Origin: Anthoceros angustus
Taxonomy: Eukaryota; Plantae; Anthocerotophyta
Direction: 5' to 3'
NCBI GenBank assembly: GCA_010909165.1
Contig: MU008202.1
Coordinates: 1 to 64,000 of the forward strand
Length of the DNA: 64,000 nucleotides
Below, in pieces: positions 1-10,324 of this stretch. Under the pieces are notes generated by a model. The model had not been told where the DNA came from and ran no database searches. It saw only the letters and a program-made list of their open reading frames with translations. Made by a program: the position numbers and the translations under genes. The stretch's first letter is position 1, and each line of letters begins with the position of its first letter.

Positions 1-1152
1 GATCGTGCAATGGTGGGTTACGGAGAACAGCATGCACGAAGGCCGTCATGAGTATACCAAGAGATTTTGCCACCGAATCGTGCGGACAAGAATGCTCTCA
101 CAAAGGCGGAAGCGTCACATCTCGATCACTTTGTGTCAAGTGAGACCTTTTGTATTCTTTCATATGGGTTTGCCTGACGAGAGAGCACACTTATGTGAGA
201 ACCCAAGAGCTCATAAAGACCAAGTTCCTATTTGAACTCCACCATATGCAAATCGCTACTGAATAACGAGGGCTCAAATTTCACCACCTTGAGGCGCGAG
301 GAGAAACGTTCCACCATACAATATGGTCAATGATATTAACCCCAAGACCATGTTCCGAAGTTGAGGATGATCCGCTGAGTCCATGCCAAAGCATTAGTTC
401 TTGACCAATTGGAGATTCTGACACGGACGGTGTATTGGAGATCCTAACCTACCGGGTTTTCAAGGCATGTTTGAAGATAGCTCCCAACCAACGTCCGACG
501 GGACTAGAAGGAAAAACCGCAGCGAACGACCATGTTTTGTCAGCTTCGGCTTCCAAGTCTTTTGTGGGCAAGCTCTCAAAATCCCGGCATGCCTCTTCCA
601 GTTCTCCACATTTTGTAAACATGTCCACCAGGCAGGTGGCAACCAGTGTCTTCTAGCTGTCCTCTTCCCATAATCTGTCAGTGCGTCTGCCAGCCTGTCT
701 TAAAGAAACCTGCTTGCACAGGCCTTGAGAAGGCTAAAGGAGCCACGAGCAGGCCCTCCTGCTCCATTTCCCATTTCAACCAAGAGACTCTGGAGGCTTC
801 ATGATCTTCCAGAATATCTGCTCATGTTAAACATGGACTTACAAGCGGGACTTCCAACTATACAGCCGGATACACAGCTCAAAGAGTGAAGACAGATGGC
901 CGTGTTTGCGGGCACTTAGGGCAGACGCGCAGCTCCCGTCTGATGCAAAACATGTCTGATGCTAATCACCATGGTGGTCAGGATAGGAGTGTAAACATGC
1001 GCACTCAACGCTGCGTCTTAGAATTGGTGGTGTGAGAAACATCCGCCTGTGCCACATCCGGGCCCGTGCCCTGTGACAAACCACAACTCTGCGGGTAAAA
1101 TCCAAAGCACCGGCTGTCTGGAGGCGGATTGTGTGCGCGCTACTGAGTCCCC

Positions 1153-1163
1153 CAATGTGGGAT
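1153..1163 (-). promoter_or_regulatory. USE-like snRNA promoter element, unit 1 (TATA and RNA body replaced)
   Basis: Minus strand ATCCCACATTG versus plant USE consensus RTCCCACATCG. Same spacer as the other units, but no TATA follows. Confidence 0.55.
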
Positions 1164-2468
1164 AATTTGCCACAAGAAGTCTGGATCCTGGATCGTTCCT
1201 AACAACCACATCCTGTCATGGCAGCTTGTTGCCAGACGCGATGGATGTGTTTGAACTGGTAGCTCAACTGCTGTACCTAGATTTCTCACAAAGCTTGAAA
1301 GGAGTGAATCTTTCAGGTTTTGTCAGTACCCCTGTGTCTGCAGACTGCAATTACTCCGTATTTCTACCAGAAATAATCCTTCCTTCTACAGGCCTCTTTG
1401 TTTAGGTTCTCTAAGTTCATTTTACGGCCAGGCTGGGCGAGGGTGTGCTTTCTACCTCGTTGGGGTAGGATGGGAAACTCAGCGGTATGAATTCACGATA
1501 ACAACTTTCTTGGCCTCGGACAGTAGTTTGAGATTACTGTAGATGAGTCTTTCAATGCTACAGAGTGAGCTGTAGAGACATAGGTCTTGTCTCTCAAGTT
1601 TTGTTTGTGGTGCAAGAAAGCAGCATTGCTGTTGCCACTTCTGATTATCCTTGTAGGTATGTATCATTATCACTCTGTTGCTATGGACCGCTGTAGAAGG
1701 TACGGTGATGCTCCCAACGCAGGTTGGATTGCAAGGGCATCCTGAAAGCACTTCCTTCTTTGGTCAGCTTCACATTGCAAGATGCAACCAAAGCCTGATC
1801 ACATACTTCATACAGCCTCAAGGTGCCGGACACATCCTCCTTTCTTGCGATTCCGAGCTCTTCCGGCTCCAATTCTGCAAAAACTTGGGGAGGGTTTCAG
1901 CTGGAAATCTAGAACAGAACCAGGACCAGGCTCAGCAGGCCCTCGGTTGTGATTCAGCACAAGTTGCTCAGACGGCATATTGAGGTTTGCAGCTGATTTC
2001 CTGCACCAGCAAATGTGCAGTCCAAAAATTTGCCTCGGTGGAGATGTAACACCTTTCCTCCTCTGGTACCAAGAGACCTTAAGGGAATTGCACGAGCTAC
2101 CGGACTCCTGTGTACGTTTGACACCTAATTAAATGTGACTGCGCAGAGAGCAAAACAAGGCTATCACGCCTGCAACCTGACCTTCCTCGAGTTCGAAGGC
2201 CCAGAATGCTTCTCAACCCTCTTCGGTCCAGGAATGGAACTTCGACATGGCCTCAGCCACAAGGATCCTTGCCATAGGATCCTGCAACGTAGTCAGTTCT
2301 TTTTCTCACCGTTCTGCCCTATCTGCTATGCAGGTGGCTGGACTCCTCCTATTGTAACGGCTCTAGATCGCAGCGAATCGGAACTCGGCATCGGCGACGA
2401 CAAACGTCTCAATGAAATCAAGATGCTTGGAAATATGCGCACTCTCGATCCTGCTTAACATTGGTGGT

Positions 2469-2606
2469 GTAGGGCCGACTTGAACAAGTTGGGCCCCTTC
2501 CAAAATTAGATATGTAACAATGTAGGGCTCACGAAAGCTAGCCCTATTCCAAAATTTGCAGATAGAGTGGGTTGCAGCCGTGAGGTGTGCACGACCACTA
2601 ACCCAC
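2469..2606 (-). ncRNA. Putative Sm-class small RNA, unit 2 (two Sm-site + hairpin modules)
   Basis: 5' stem GTGGGTT...AACCCAC; AATTTTGG (2556-2549) then TAGGGCT..AGCCCTA hairpin; second AATTTTGG (2507-2500) then GGCCC..AACTT..AAGTCGGCCCTAC. 5' end uncertain. Confidence 0.55.
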
Positions 2607-2623
2607 GAACAGACACGGTCGGC

Positions 2624-2673
2624 CATATGATACCGGATTGTGTGCACGCTACTAGAGTTCCCCGATGTGGGAT
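2624..2673 (-). promoter_or_regulatory. USE + weak TATA, unit 2
   Basis: Perfect-consensus ATCCCACATCG (2673-2663), then 35 bp to TATG (within TATCATATG). Confidence 0.6.
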
Positions 2674-3397
2674 AATTTGCCGCATGAAGTCTGGAACGTT
2701 CCCAACAACCACATCCTGTCATGCCTGGAACACATATGGTAGTGCACCGTGGGGGTTGGCTGGTGCATATAAAACCGGCTTACTTCCTGAGCAGGTCCCC
2801 AGGAGAATTACCATCTCATAGTTCTGAAACCTCAGATGCTCCTGGTTGTGTGCAGCATTTAGGAGTGTGCCCCAAGGCAGGCAGCCGAGAGGCAGCTACA
2901 TGAAACTAAGCAGGAAAATACAGAAAATGCAACTGTGCAAGAAGGCAAGGCACGGCTGCAGCCTGTCCCACACATGCATAAGCTTGCTGGAAGGCACATA
3001 CGTCACAGAAGTGAGTGTAGTCCTCCGCCTTCCTCTTGCATGGCCCGGATATCGTTCTGGAAATAGTCTGTCATTTTCAAGGTATGTTGGATCCAGCCGG
3101 GAGCGATGCAGCAGAAAGGGCCGGCAGCTTCTGCTTAGGTCTCTTCAGCATCTGCTCCTTGCCTGCCTTCGGCTTCCACGGCTTTCGTGGGCAAGCTGTC
3201 AAAATCCCGGGTGCCTCTTCCAGTTCACCGCATTTTGTAAACGTCTCCACCGGGCAGGTGGCAACCAGTGCCATCTGGCCGTCCTCTTCCTATAATCGCC
3301 AACGCGATGCGCCACTCCCGTCTGACGCAAATGGACCTAGTGATCAGGTTAGATTGCGTGGAGAGGTGCGCTTTCAATGCTGCTTAGAGGTAGTGGT

Positions 3398-3490
3398 GTA
3401 GGGCCGACTTTCAAGTTGGCCCCATTCCAAAATTCTGGAAAAATGATAAGAGAAGGCAAGTTAGAGAGCTGAGCCAAAACTTGTCCTTCT
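3398..3490 (-). ncRNA. Putative Sm-class small RNA, unit 3 (~92 nt)
   Basis: AGAAGG(A)CAAGTT...AACTTGCCTTCT stem; Sm-type AATTTTGG (3434-3427); GGGGCCAACTT-GA-AAGTCGGCCCTAC 3' hairpin. Confidence 0.65.
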
Positions 3491-3511
3491 ACCAATTCAA
3501 ACAGAAAACGG

Positions 3512-3557
3512 ATTATATGATAGCGGATTGTGCTAAATGAGTTCCCCAATGTGGGAT
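3512..3557 (-). promoter_or_regulatory. USE + TATA, unit 3
   Basis: ATCCCACATTG (3557-3547), 29 bp spacer, TATAAT (3517-3512). Confidence 0.6.
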
Positions 3558-4222
3558 AATTTGCCACATGAAGTCAGAAACGTTCCCATCACATCCTGTC
3601 ATGGCAGCTGGGACCCTCATCCAGTCAACCCAAAGCCAACCAACTCAGGATCCGCTGCCGGACTCCCAACTTACAACAGTGCCCATCAAGTACGACCCTC
3701 TCTGACCGATACTCCCACTGCTGAATTGCACAAACCCGACAATCTCGAGCGCTCCCACTGCGAATCCCGGAATCCCTACGGCAAGGGCTAGCTCAAGGCA
3801 GATGCTTGTGCCTTCGATTCCTAACCGTCCCTCGCTGCGATCAATCATGCTCGTCGCAATTGGAAGATTATAACCACTGTGCGAGGGATGGAAGAACGTT
3901 CCTGAGTATGAAGACCCAGAGTGAGCTTCTCAACCCTTTACGGTCCAGGACTGGAACCTCGACATGGCCTCAGCCACAAGGGTCCTTGCAATGGGATCCC
4001 TGTACCGTAGTCATTTCTTTTTCTCACCGTTGTGCCCTGTCTATGCACGGGTTGGACTCTTCGACAACTGTAACGGCCGCTCCAGTTAAGCGAAAATTTG
4101 CTGGTTGAACCTGGCCAAGGGACGTGTACAAACGGATCGGAACTCGGCATCAGCAAACAACTAACACCTCATGCAAGAGTCCTGGAAATGTCCGCACTCT
4201 TTATGCTGCTTCAATTTGTGGT

Positions 4223-4313
4223 GTAGGGCCGACTGCGGCAAGTTGGCCCCGTCCCAAAATTATCCAACAGACACAGGCCAACACATTAGAGATGATGTCT
4301 ATATCTCCCAGGA
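4223..4313 (-). ncRNA. Putative Sm-class small RNA, unit 4 (~90 nt)
   Basis: Unrelated 5' domain (GAGAT..ATCTC stem); AATTTTGG (4261-4254); GGGGCCAACT-TGCCGC-AGTCGGCCCTAC hairpin. 5' end estimated from TATA. Confidence 0.55.
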
Positions 4314-4334
4314 ATATTTCAAGCAGGCATCGGG

Positions 4335-4383
4335 TATATGGTAGCGGAGTGTGAGCATGCTACTCACTTCCCCAATGTGGGAT
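4335..4383 (-). promoter_or_regulatory. USE + TATA, unit 4
   Basis: ATCCCACATTG (4383-4373), 34 bp spacer, TATA (4338-4335). Confidence 0.6.
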
Positions 4384-5432
4384 ATTTAACCGCATGAAGT
4401 CTGGAACGTTCCCGTAACAACCACATCCTGTCATGGCAGCTGGTTGCCAGACGCGATGGATGTCTAGAACTGTAGCATAACTACTGTACCTGGCGTTCTC
4501 CAAAGCTTGGAAGGAGTGAATCTTTTAGGGTCCTGAGGGACAAAGGATTTGCACATTATAGTTATCTTACAAGAGAAACAGTCATTGTGGAAATTTTGAG
4601 GGTCTGCGTTGCTTGCTACAAGGAAGCTCAGATGCTCCTGGTTGTGTGCATCATTTAGGTGTGCCCCAAGGCAGGCAGCCGAGAGCAGCTACATATAACA
4701 AAGCAGGAAAATACAAAAGATGCAACTGCGCAAGAAGGCAAGACACGGCCGCAGCCTGTCCCACACTTGCATAAGCTTGCAGGAAGAGCACATACGTCAC
4801 ACAGTGAGGTGCAATCCTCGCCTTCCTCTTGCATGGCCCGGATATCATTCTGACGTAGTCCGTCATTTTAAGGTATGTTGGATCCAGCCAGGCGCCGCAG
4901 CAGAAAGGGCCGGCAGCTCCTCCTTGGGTCTCTACAGCATTTGCTCCTTGCCTACAGCTTCGGCGTCCACGGCTTTCGTGGGCAAGCTGTCAAAATCCCG
5001 GCGTGCCTCTTCCAGTTCACCGCATTTTGCAGACGTCTCCACCGGGCAGGTGGCAACCAGTGTGCCGTCTGGCCGTCCTCTTCCTATAATCTGTCAGTGC
5101 ATCTGCCTGCTCTTCTTTGAGGAACCAGCACTTGCACAGGCCTTAGGAAGGCCGAAGGAGCCACGAGCAGGCCCTCCTGCTCCATTTCCCATTTCAAACA
5201 AGAGCTGCCGTAAACACACAGCCATCTGCCTTTATACTTTGAGCTGTGTATCCGGCTGCGCAGATGGAAGCCCTGCTTGTCTTGCAAGTCCATGTTTAAC
5301 ATGAGCAGAAACTCTGGGAGATCACAAGCCAACGCCCGGCAGACGCAACTCGCGTCTGATGCAAATCAACAAGGCGATCAGGGTAGATGCATGGAAACAT
5401 CCGCACTTTCAATGCTGCTTAGATCTGATGGT

Positions 5433-5523
5433 GTAGGGCCGACTTTTGCAAGTTGGCCCCGATCAAAATTTACAAAATGGTTTGAGTGGAAAGCTTGTCG
5501 TAGATCAGCCAAAACTTCCCTCT
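5433..5523 (-). ncRNA. Putative Sm-class small RNA, unit 5 (~90 nt)
   Basis: GAGGGAAG..CTTTCCACTC stem; AATTTTGA (5470-5463); GGGGCCAACTT-GCAA-AAGTCGGCCCTAC hairpin. Candidate start A lies 29 nt after the TATA. Confidence 0.65.
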
Positions 5524-5545
5524 ACCGGCCAGCTCCAGAGACAGG

Positions 5546-5597
5546 TTATATATGATAGCGGATTGTGTGCATGCTACTGAATTCCCCAATGTGGGAT
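5546..5597 (-). promoter_or_regulatory. USE + TATA, unit 5 (best Pol II snRNA-type geometry)
   Basis: ATCCCACATTG (5597-5587), 34 bp spacer, TATATAA (5552-5546). Confidence 0.7.
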
Positions 5598-6215
5598 AAT
5601 TTGCCACATAAGCTTCTCAGGATGAAAATGGCCGGTTTTATATGCGCCAGCCAACCTCTAGGTGCACTACCACTAGTTGGTACAGGAAGGTGCATGCTGG
5701 TACAAATGTATCCTGCTTAATGGTCTCACAGTCAGAAACGTTCCCGTCACAACCACATCCTGTTATGGCAGCTGGTTGCCGGACGCGATGGATGTGTCTG
5801 AACTGGTAGCTCAACTACTGCACTTAGATTTCCCACAAAGCTTGCAGGGTGAATCTTCAGGTTTCCTGAGGGACACATATTTTACAGTCATCTTACAAGG
5901 AGAAGCAATCATCGTGAAAATTTTGAGAGTCTATATTTGCTTGCTACAAGGAAGAGGCGAGGGAAGCTCTCATCTGCTGTGACATAATTAAGCACGATAC
6001 ATTTGTACCAGCATGCACCTTCAAACACACGGACACCTGCCTTTACACTTTGAGCTGTGTATCTGTCTTGCAAGTCCATGTCTGAGCAGAAACTCTGGAA
6101 GAACACAAGCCCACGCCCGGAAGACGCGCAACTCGCGTCTGACGCAACGTCTTTCAAGGCGATCAGGGTGCGTGCGTTGGGACACCCGCAACTTCAATGC
6201 TACTTAGATCTGGTG

Positions 6216-6304
6216 GTAGGGGCTACATTTGCGAGTTGGCCCCATTCCAAAATTTGCAAGCTGGTTTGAGTGGAAAGCTACAAAGGTGCACCAAAACTCC
6301 CTCT
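6216..6304 (-). ncRNA. Putative Sm-class small RNA, unit 6 (~88 nt, possibly decaying)
   Basis: Close paralogue of unit 5; AATTTTGG (6254-6247); 3' hairpin GGGGC..GCCCCTAC with internal mismatches. Confidence 0.5.
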
Positions 6305-6325
6305 ACCAATTACACAAAGAACGGC

Positions 6326-6372
6326 ATATATGATAGCGGATTGTGTGCACGCTGAGTTCCCCAATGAGGGAT
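6326..6372 (-). promoter_or_regulatory. USE (one mismatch) + TATA, unit 6
   Basis: ATCCCTCATTG (6372-6362), 31 bp spacer, TATAT (6330-6326). Confidence 0.5.
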
Positions 6373-8039
6373 AATGTCTCATATAAAGTCAGAAACGTGC
6401 CCGTCACAACCACATCCTGTTATGGCAGCATTTTACAGTCATCTTACAAGGAGAAGCAAGCATCGTGAAAATTTTGAGAGTCTATGTCGCTTGCTACAAG
6501 GGAGAGGCGAGGGAAGCTCTCATCTGCTGTGAGACAATTGAGCAGGATACTTTTGTACCAGCATGCACGTTCCTGTACCAACTGGTGGTCGTGCACCCTA
6601 GAGGTTGGCTGGCGCATATAAAACCGGCCATTTTCATCCTGAGAAGCTCCTGCAGAATTACACATCTCATACTTCTGGAACCTCAGATTCGACTACATTT
6701 GCCTGGTTGCAGCATTTGGGAGTGTGCCTCCAAGGCAGCAGAGAGGTGATGCATGAAAAAGGAAACTGCGCAAGAAAGCAAGACGTGGCTGTAGCCTAGT
6801 TTTGCCTGCACATGAGGGCCTGTAAACACCGAAGGGCCTCCTGTCCCATGCCATACAGGGAATAGCCACTATCATCGTTTTTCACGTCACCACATTTATT
6901 CACGATGTCCATCAAAGAGGGCAGAAGCAACTTCTAGGCGGTGGTAGTTTGTGTACATGTTTCCTAAACTGTTGGCTACAAGGGCCTCCTTGAGGTGGTG
7001 CTCTTTAACCTGCCTGTGATGAATCTGCTTTCCTTCTCCAAACCTGGAGTGCCCACACTTGCATAAGCTTGAAGGAGGAACACGTATTTCACGGAAGTGA
7101 CTGCAGTACCCTTCCTCTTGCATTGCCCTGACATCTTTCTGACATGGTCGTCAAATACTCTGCGGACTTCCTTCCAAGCTGCCAGACTTCGCATACATGT
7201 GCACCAAACTGATGGCAACAACTAAGCACATAACCTTCATGACCTCGTTCTCTAATCCGCACTTGAAGCTGCCTGCTCTACACTTGCAGACGCCCTGTTG
7301 AGAATAGATATCTTGCTATCATGGCAGTCCAAAGTCATAGGCATTTGTAGGGTGTGTTGAATCCAGCCAGGAGCACTGCAGTAGGAGGGGCCAGCGGCTC
7401 CTGCTGGGACTTTTCAGCAGATTCTCCTTTCCAGCAGCTTCAGGTTCCACATCTTTGGTGGCGCTATGAAAATCCCGGCGTGCCTCTTCCAATTCACCTC
7501 ATTTTGTAAACATGCCACCAGGCAGTTGCCAACCAGTGTGTCATCTAGCAGTCCTTTTCCCATAAGCTGTGAGTGCATCTGCCTGCCCTTCTGTAAGGAA
7601 CCAGCGGTTGTCAGGCCTTGAGAAGGCAAAACTAATACAGTAAGCCACAATCAGGCCCTCCTCCTCCACTCGCCCACTTCGAACAAGAGCCTGTTGACCA
7701 AGCCCTTGCAGAGCATAGCCAGCAACCAGGGATGCCCCACCGTGAACTCATGCACCTTGCCCCTCACTTCATGTACCTTCCAGCATCCTGTCATGGCTGC
7801 AGCTGCAAGACGCGAAGCAGCTGGTTGCAGCCCTTCAGCCTTGTGGGAGGAGAGGACAGTTGAAAGCTCGGAAGGAGCGGGTGCATGAACATGTTTTAGG
7901 CCAGCTGGAACGATAAGCCCTGATTTGTTTGCCTGCAATGGCTTGATGGAGGACATGTATGCAAAGACTAGTATGGCAGCTTGGAGATGCTCAAAGAGTG
8001 TTTGATGGACTTGGTCAAGAAAATGGATGTTGTGCATGC

Positions 8040-9990
8040 CAATCCCTCGGTTTCCTCCTCCTTTGTTAGCGAGAATGCTCTATCGCCCTTCCTCCCTCCA
8101 ATTCACAGACAAGCTCGATCACTAGGGCGTCTCGCACACCCGCCTCCGTTAATTAACGTCTCCAACCGCCCGGTGCGTGGGGATCTCAACGAGGAATGCT
8201 CTGCGTGAGGCACAATTCGCCCCTTTTACATCAGGCGTCCTGCCCCCATATTTTCAGTCCTAAAAGCATTATCGTGAAGAGCGCGCCTACAATTAGCGAT
8301 CTCGGTCGTGGCACCTATCCAAATTCCATTCCTAGGATGCTATCACCTATTTGCCCTCGCTATCTGCGCGCCTTCCCGACTTGGCACTTTGGCCCTTCCC
8401 GACAGCGCTGGCCCCGTCCTCCACTGCGCCTCCACGAGCCCTCCTTCCTCGCTTGGATCGACAAGTCCTCCCAGGACCTCCACCTCCTGCTTCTTTGGAC
8501 GTCCTCTTGCACCTAATCGGGTATGCCTTCCCAGCTTCCTCCTCTCCATGCCGCCCGGGTGCCATGACATGGCCTTGACATGGGCTTGCGCTTTTCTCAT
8601 TTTGGCCGTCTATTCTTGAGGACTATTACGGGCTCTTCATCCACCACGGACTTCTTCCTCCGTTAGCTCCTCCAAAATCGCCTCCATAATAGGGGCCAAT
8701 CCCCACACTCGGGCACGGTGGAAGAAGTATCACTTGGTCCTCACTTGCATAAGGTAAGCCCTGGTCCCTCCTATTCCCACGCACATGGATGAAGTTAAGC
8801 CTGGCGTTCCCCATTCACATATAGACCGAGGAACATAAGTTTCCTCATCCATATGCCTCAACATAATAGGACCTCCTGCCATGGTGGTGCTTACCCCTCC
8901 CAAGTGGACTACCCCGGCACTTTGATCCATGCCTTGAGATGCCACGTCGCCTCACATTGCGCTCAGCAGGAGTTGGGTTTTCAAGGTCGGTGCTTTTCCC
9001 CTAGTGGTGGCGGACTCCACGGCCGTCGCTTTGTTAAACTCGTAGGTGTTTCGGCTACCGCAGTTTGCTCCTTCTTCTCCGCGGTAATTCCTTCCACTAC
9101 CCCATCATGGACTTGCTACTCCTTTTCCCTTCTCCTTCCTGGCTCGGCCATCGCTCCGCTTATGCCGGTCCGCCAACATGGGCCTTCTCCACAGGCGCCT
9201 CTTGCTCTTGGACTGCAACAATTCCCCGCATTTCTTGATTTGCCTCATGGGCATCCTTGATCACAGGCCATGGCGCTTCTTGACTCGTCATGGTGCAACT
9301 CCTCTTGGGCCCTAGCAAATCCTCCACGAATCTTGACCCTCATCTCCTCCTCAGGGGCCCGCTTATCTTCCTCCAATTGTTTCCGCTTAGCCTCCTCCTC
9401 ATTAGAATCGGGCCTTCACCACTTCCTCTTGCCGCCCTTGCATCTGAGCCATGTGAGGGCCAGTGTAGCTTGGTCCGGCAAATCCGGCGGGCGGATCATA
9501 GATGTGGTTAGTTCCTGCAAATCTACTTGTTGAGGAGGCCTCGCGCCAGACGCCATCCCCCTATCCAACACCTTCCTTCCCAGTAGGGTGCGCACCCTAA
9601 CCAATTCTGCTACGTCGACCTCTGTCGCCAATGGAGTTCCCTTGAAAATCTCTTCCCATCCTGAGGAGGGGTCTGCTACTGGGGTCAACCCTAATCCTTC
9701 CGGGGTCGGTTCATCATCTGCATCTAGGTCAGCAAAATTGTCTTCCTCGGACCGCGCCTCTTCCTCCGCCAAATCCATCTGCCGTTTGGCCTTCATTTTC
9801 TTCGCTTTTTCCTGCGGCCTTAGCGCGCCGACACGGTGGCGCCGTCCACCTCCCTTCTTTGTTGAGGCCGCTGCCTCCCCGGCCTTTCTCTTCTTGCTTG
9901 CCCTCCTTTTCCTCTTGAACTACCCGTCGCCACGGACTCCCGGTTGATCTTCCTCTATCTCCTCCTTGGACTCTTCCTTTCCACTTCACC
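8040..9990 (-). mobile_element. Degenerate transposon-like remnant, copy A
   Basis: Co-linear with 11810-13420 (e.g. shared 'CCTAGGATGCTATCACCTATTTGCC'). Broken minus-strand charged/coiled-coil ORF ('EEEMRVKIRGGFARAQEELH'). Family not identifiable. Confidence 0.55.
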
Positions 9991-10324
9991 TCCCTAAGCT
10001 TCTACATGTGGAGGCACAATTNCTCCTTGTGGCCGAATTGGAGAAGGTGGTTGGCATTGAGAACCGGAATTGAGCGTGTGGTGGGTGAGGGAGAGGATGC
10101 ACGCCGCAGACGGGACTGGCCCGCATCCGGCTGTAGATTCGAGTGAGAGCGGCGCCATCCCGCTTTGTTTAGAGTTACCGGTGTTGATGTTGTGTTTGTT
10201 TTGGTGACCGACCCATAGTTTTTGGGTGAGCACGCTCTCAATAAAGCGGCCACCTTTTCATTCGAGTTCCCGAACCCTTCCTCAAACCCTATACCATATG
10301 CACATGAATGCTCACATACCTTGA

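Larger units (their letters stand above)
800..6480. repeat. Tandem array of six diverged ~0.8-1.5 kb units
   Basis: The block 'C(A/G)ATG(T/A)GGGATA..CACAT..AAGTC..AACGT..CCC..CCACATCCTGT(C/T)ATGGCAGC' recurs at ~1153, 2663, 3547, 4373, 5587 and 6362, with shared flanks. Confidence 0.9.
435..8037 (-). pseudogene. Multiple decayed PLS-class PPR gene fragments (frameshifted, stop-interrupted, scrambled)
   Basis: Minus-strand peptides resemble the intact PPR at 25-27.8 kb: 'SLQKGRQMHSQLMGKGLLDDTLVGNCLV' (7414-7650), 'EVRRVFD..SVKYVFLLQAYASVGTPGLEKE' (6976-7221), 'VTYVLFLQAYASVGQ' (4651-4866), and E+-like 'GCWKVHEVRGKVHEFTVGHP' (7651-8037). No long ORF. Confidence 0.7.

Noticed and set aside
5-430. 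Coding fragment at the window edge
   Set aside because: Stops in all frames and nothing recognisable.
2469-6304. Ordinary U1/U2/U5/U11 genes, telomerase RNA or C/D snoRNAs
   Set aside because: Too short and missing the invariant functional sequences; no telomeric template; no proper C/D boxes. Only the 3' hairpin recalls U1/U11. An Rfam search is still needed to close this.
1140-6480. CRISPR-like reading of the palindromic repeats with variable spacers
   Set aside because: Eukaryotic context, 0.8-1.5 kb period with homologous spacers, and no cas genes. The snRNA-gene model explains the motifs better.
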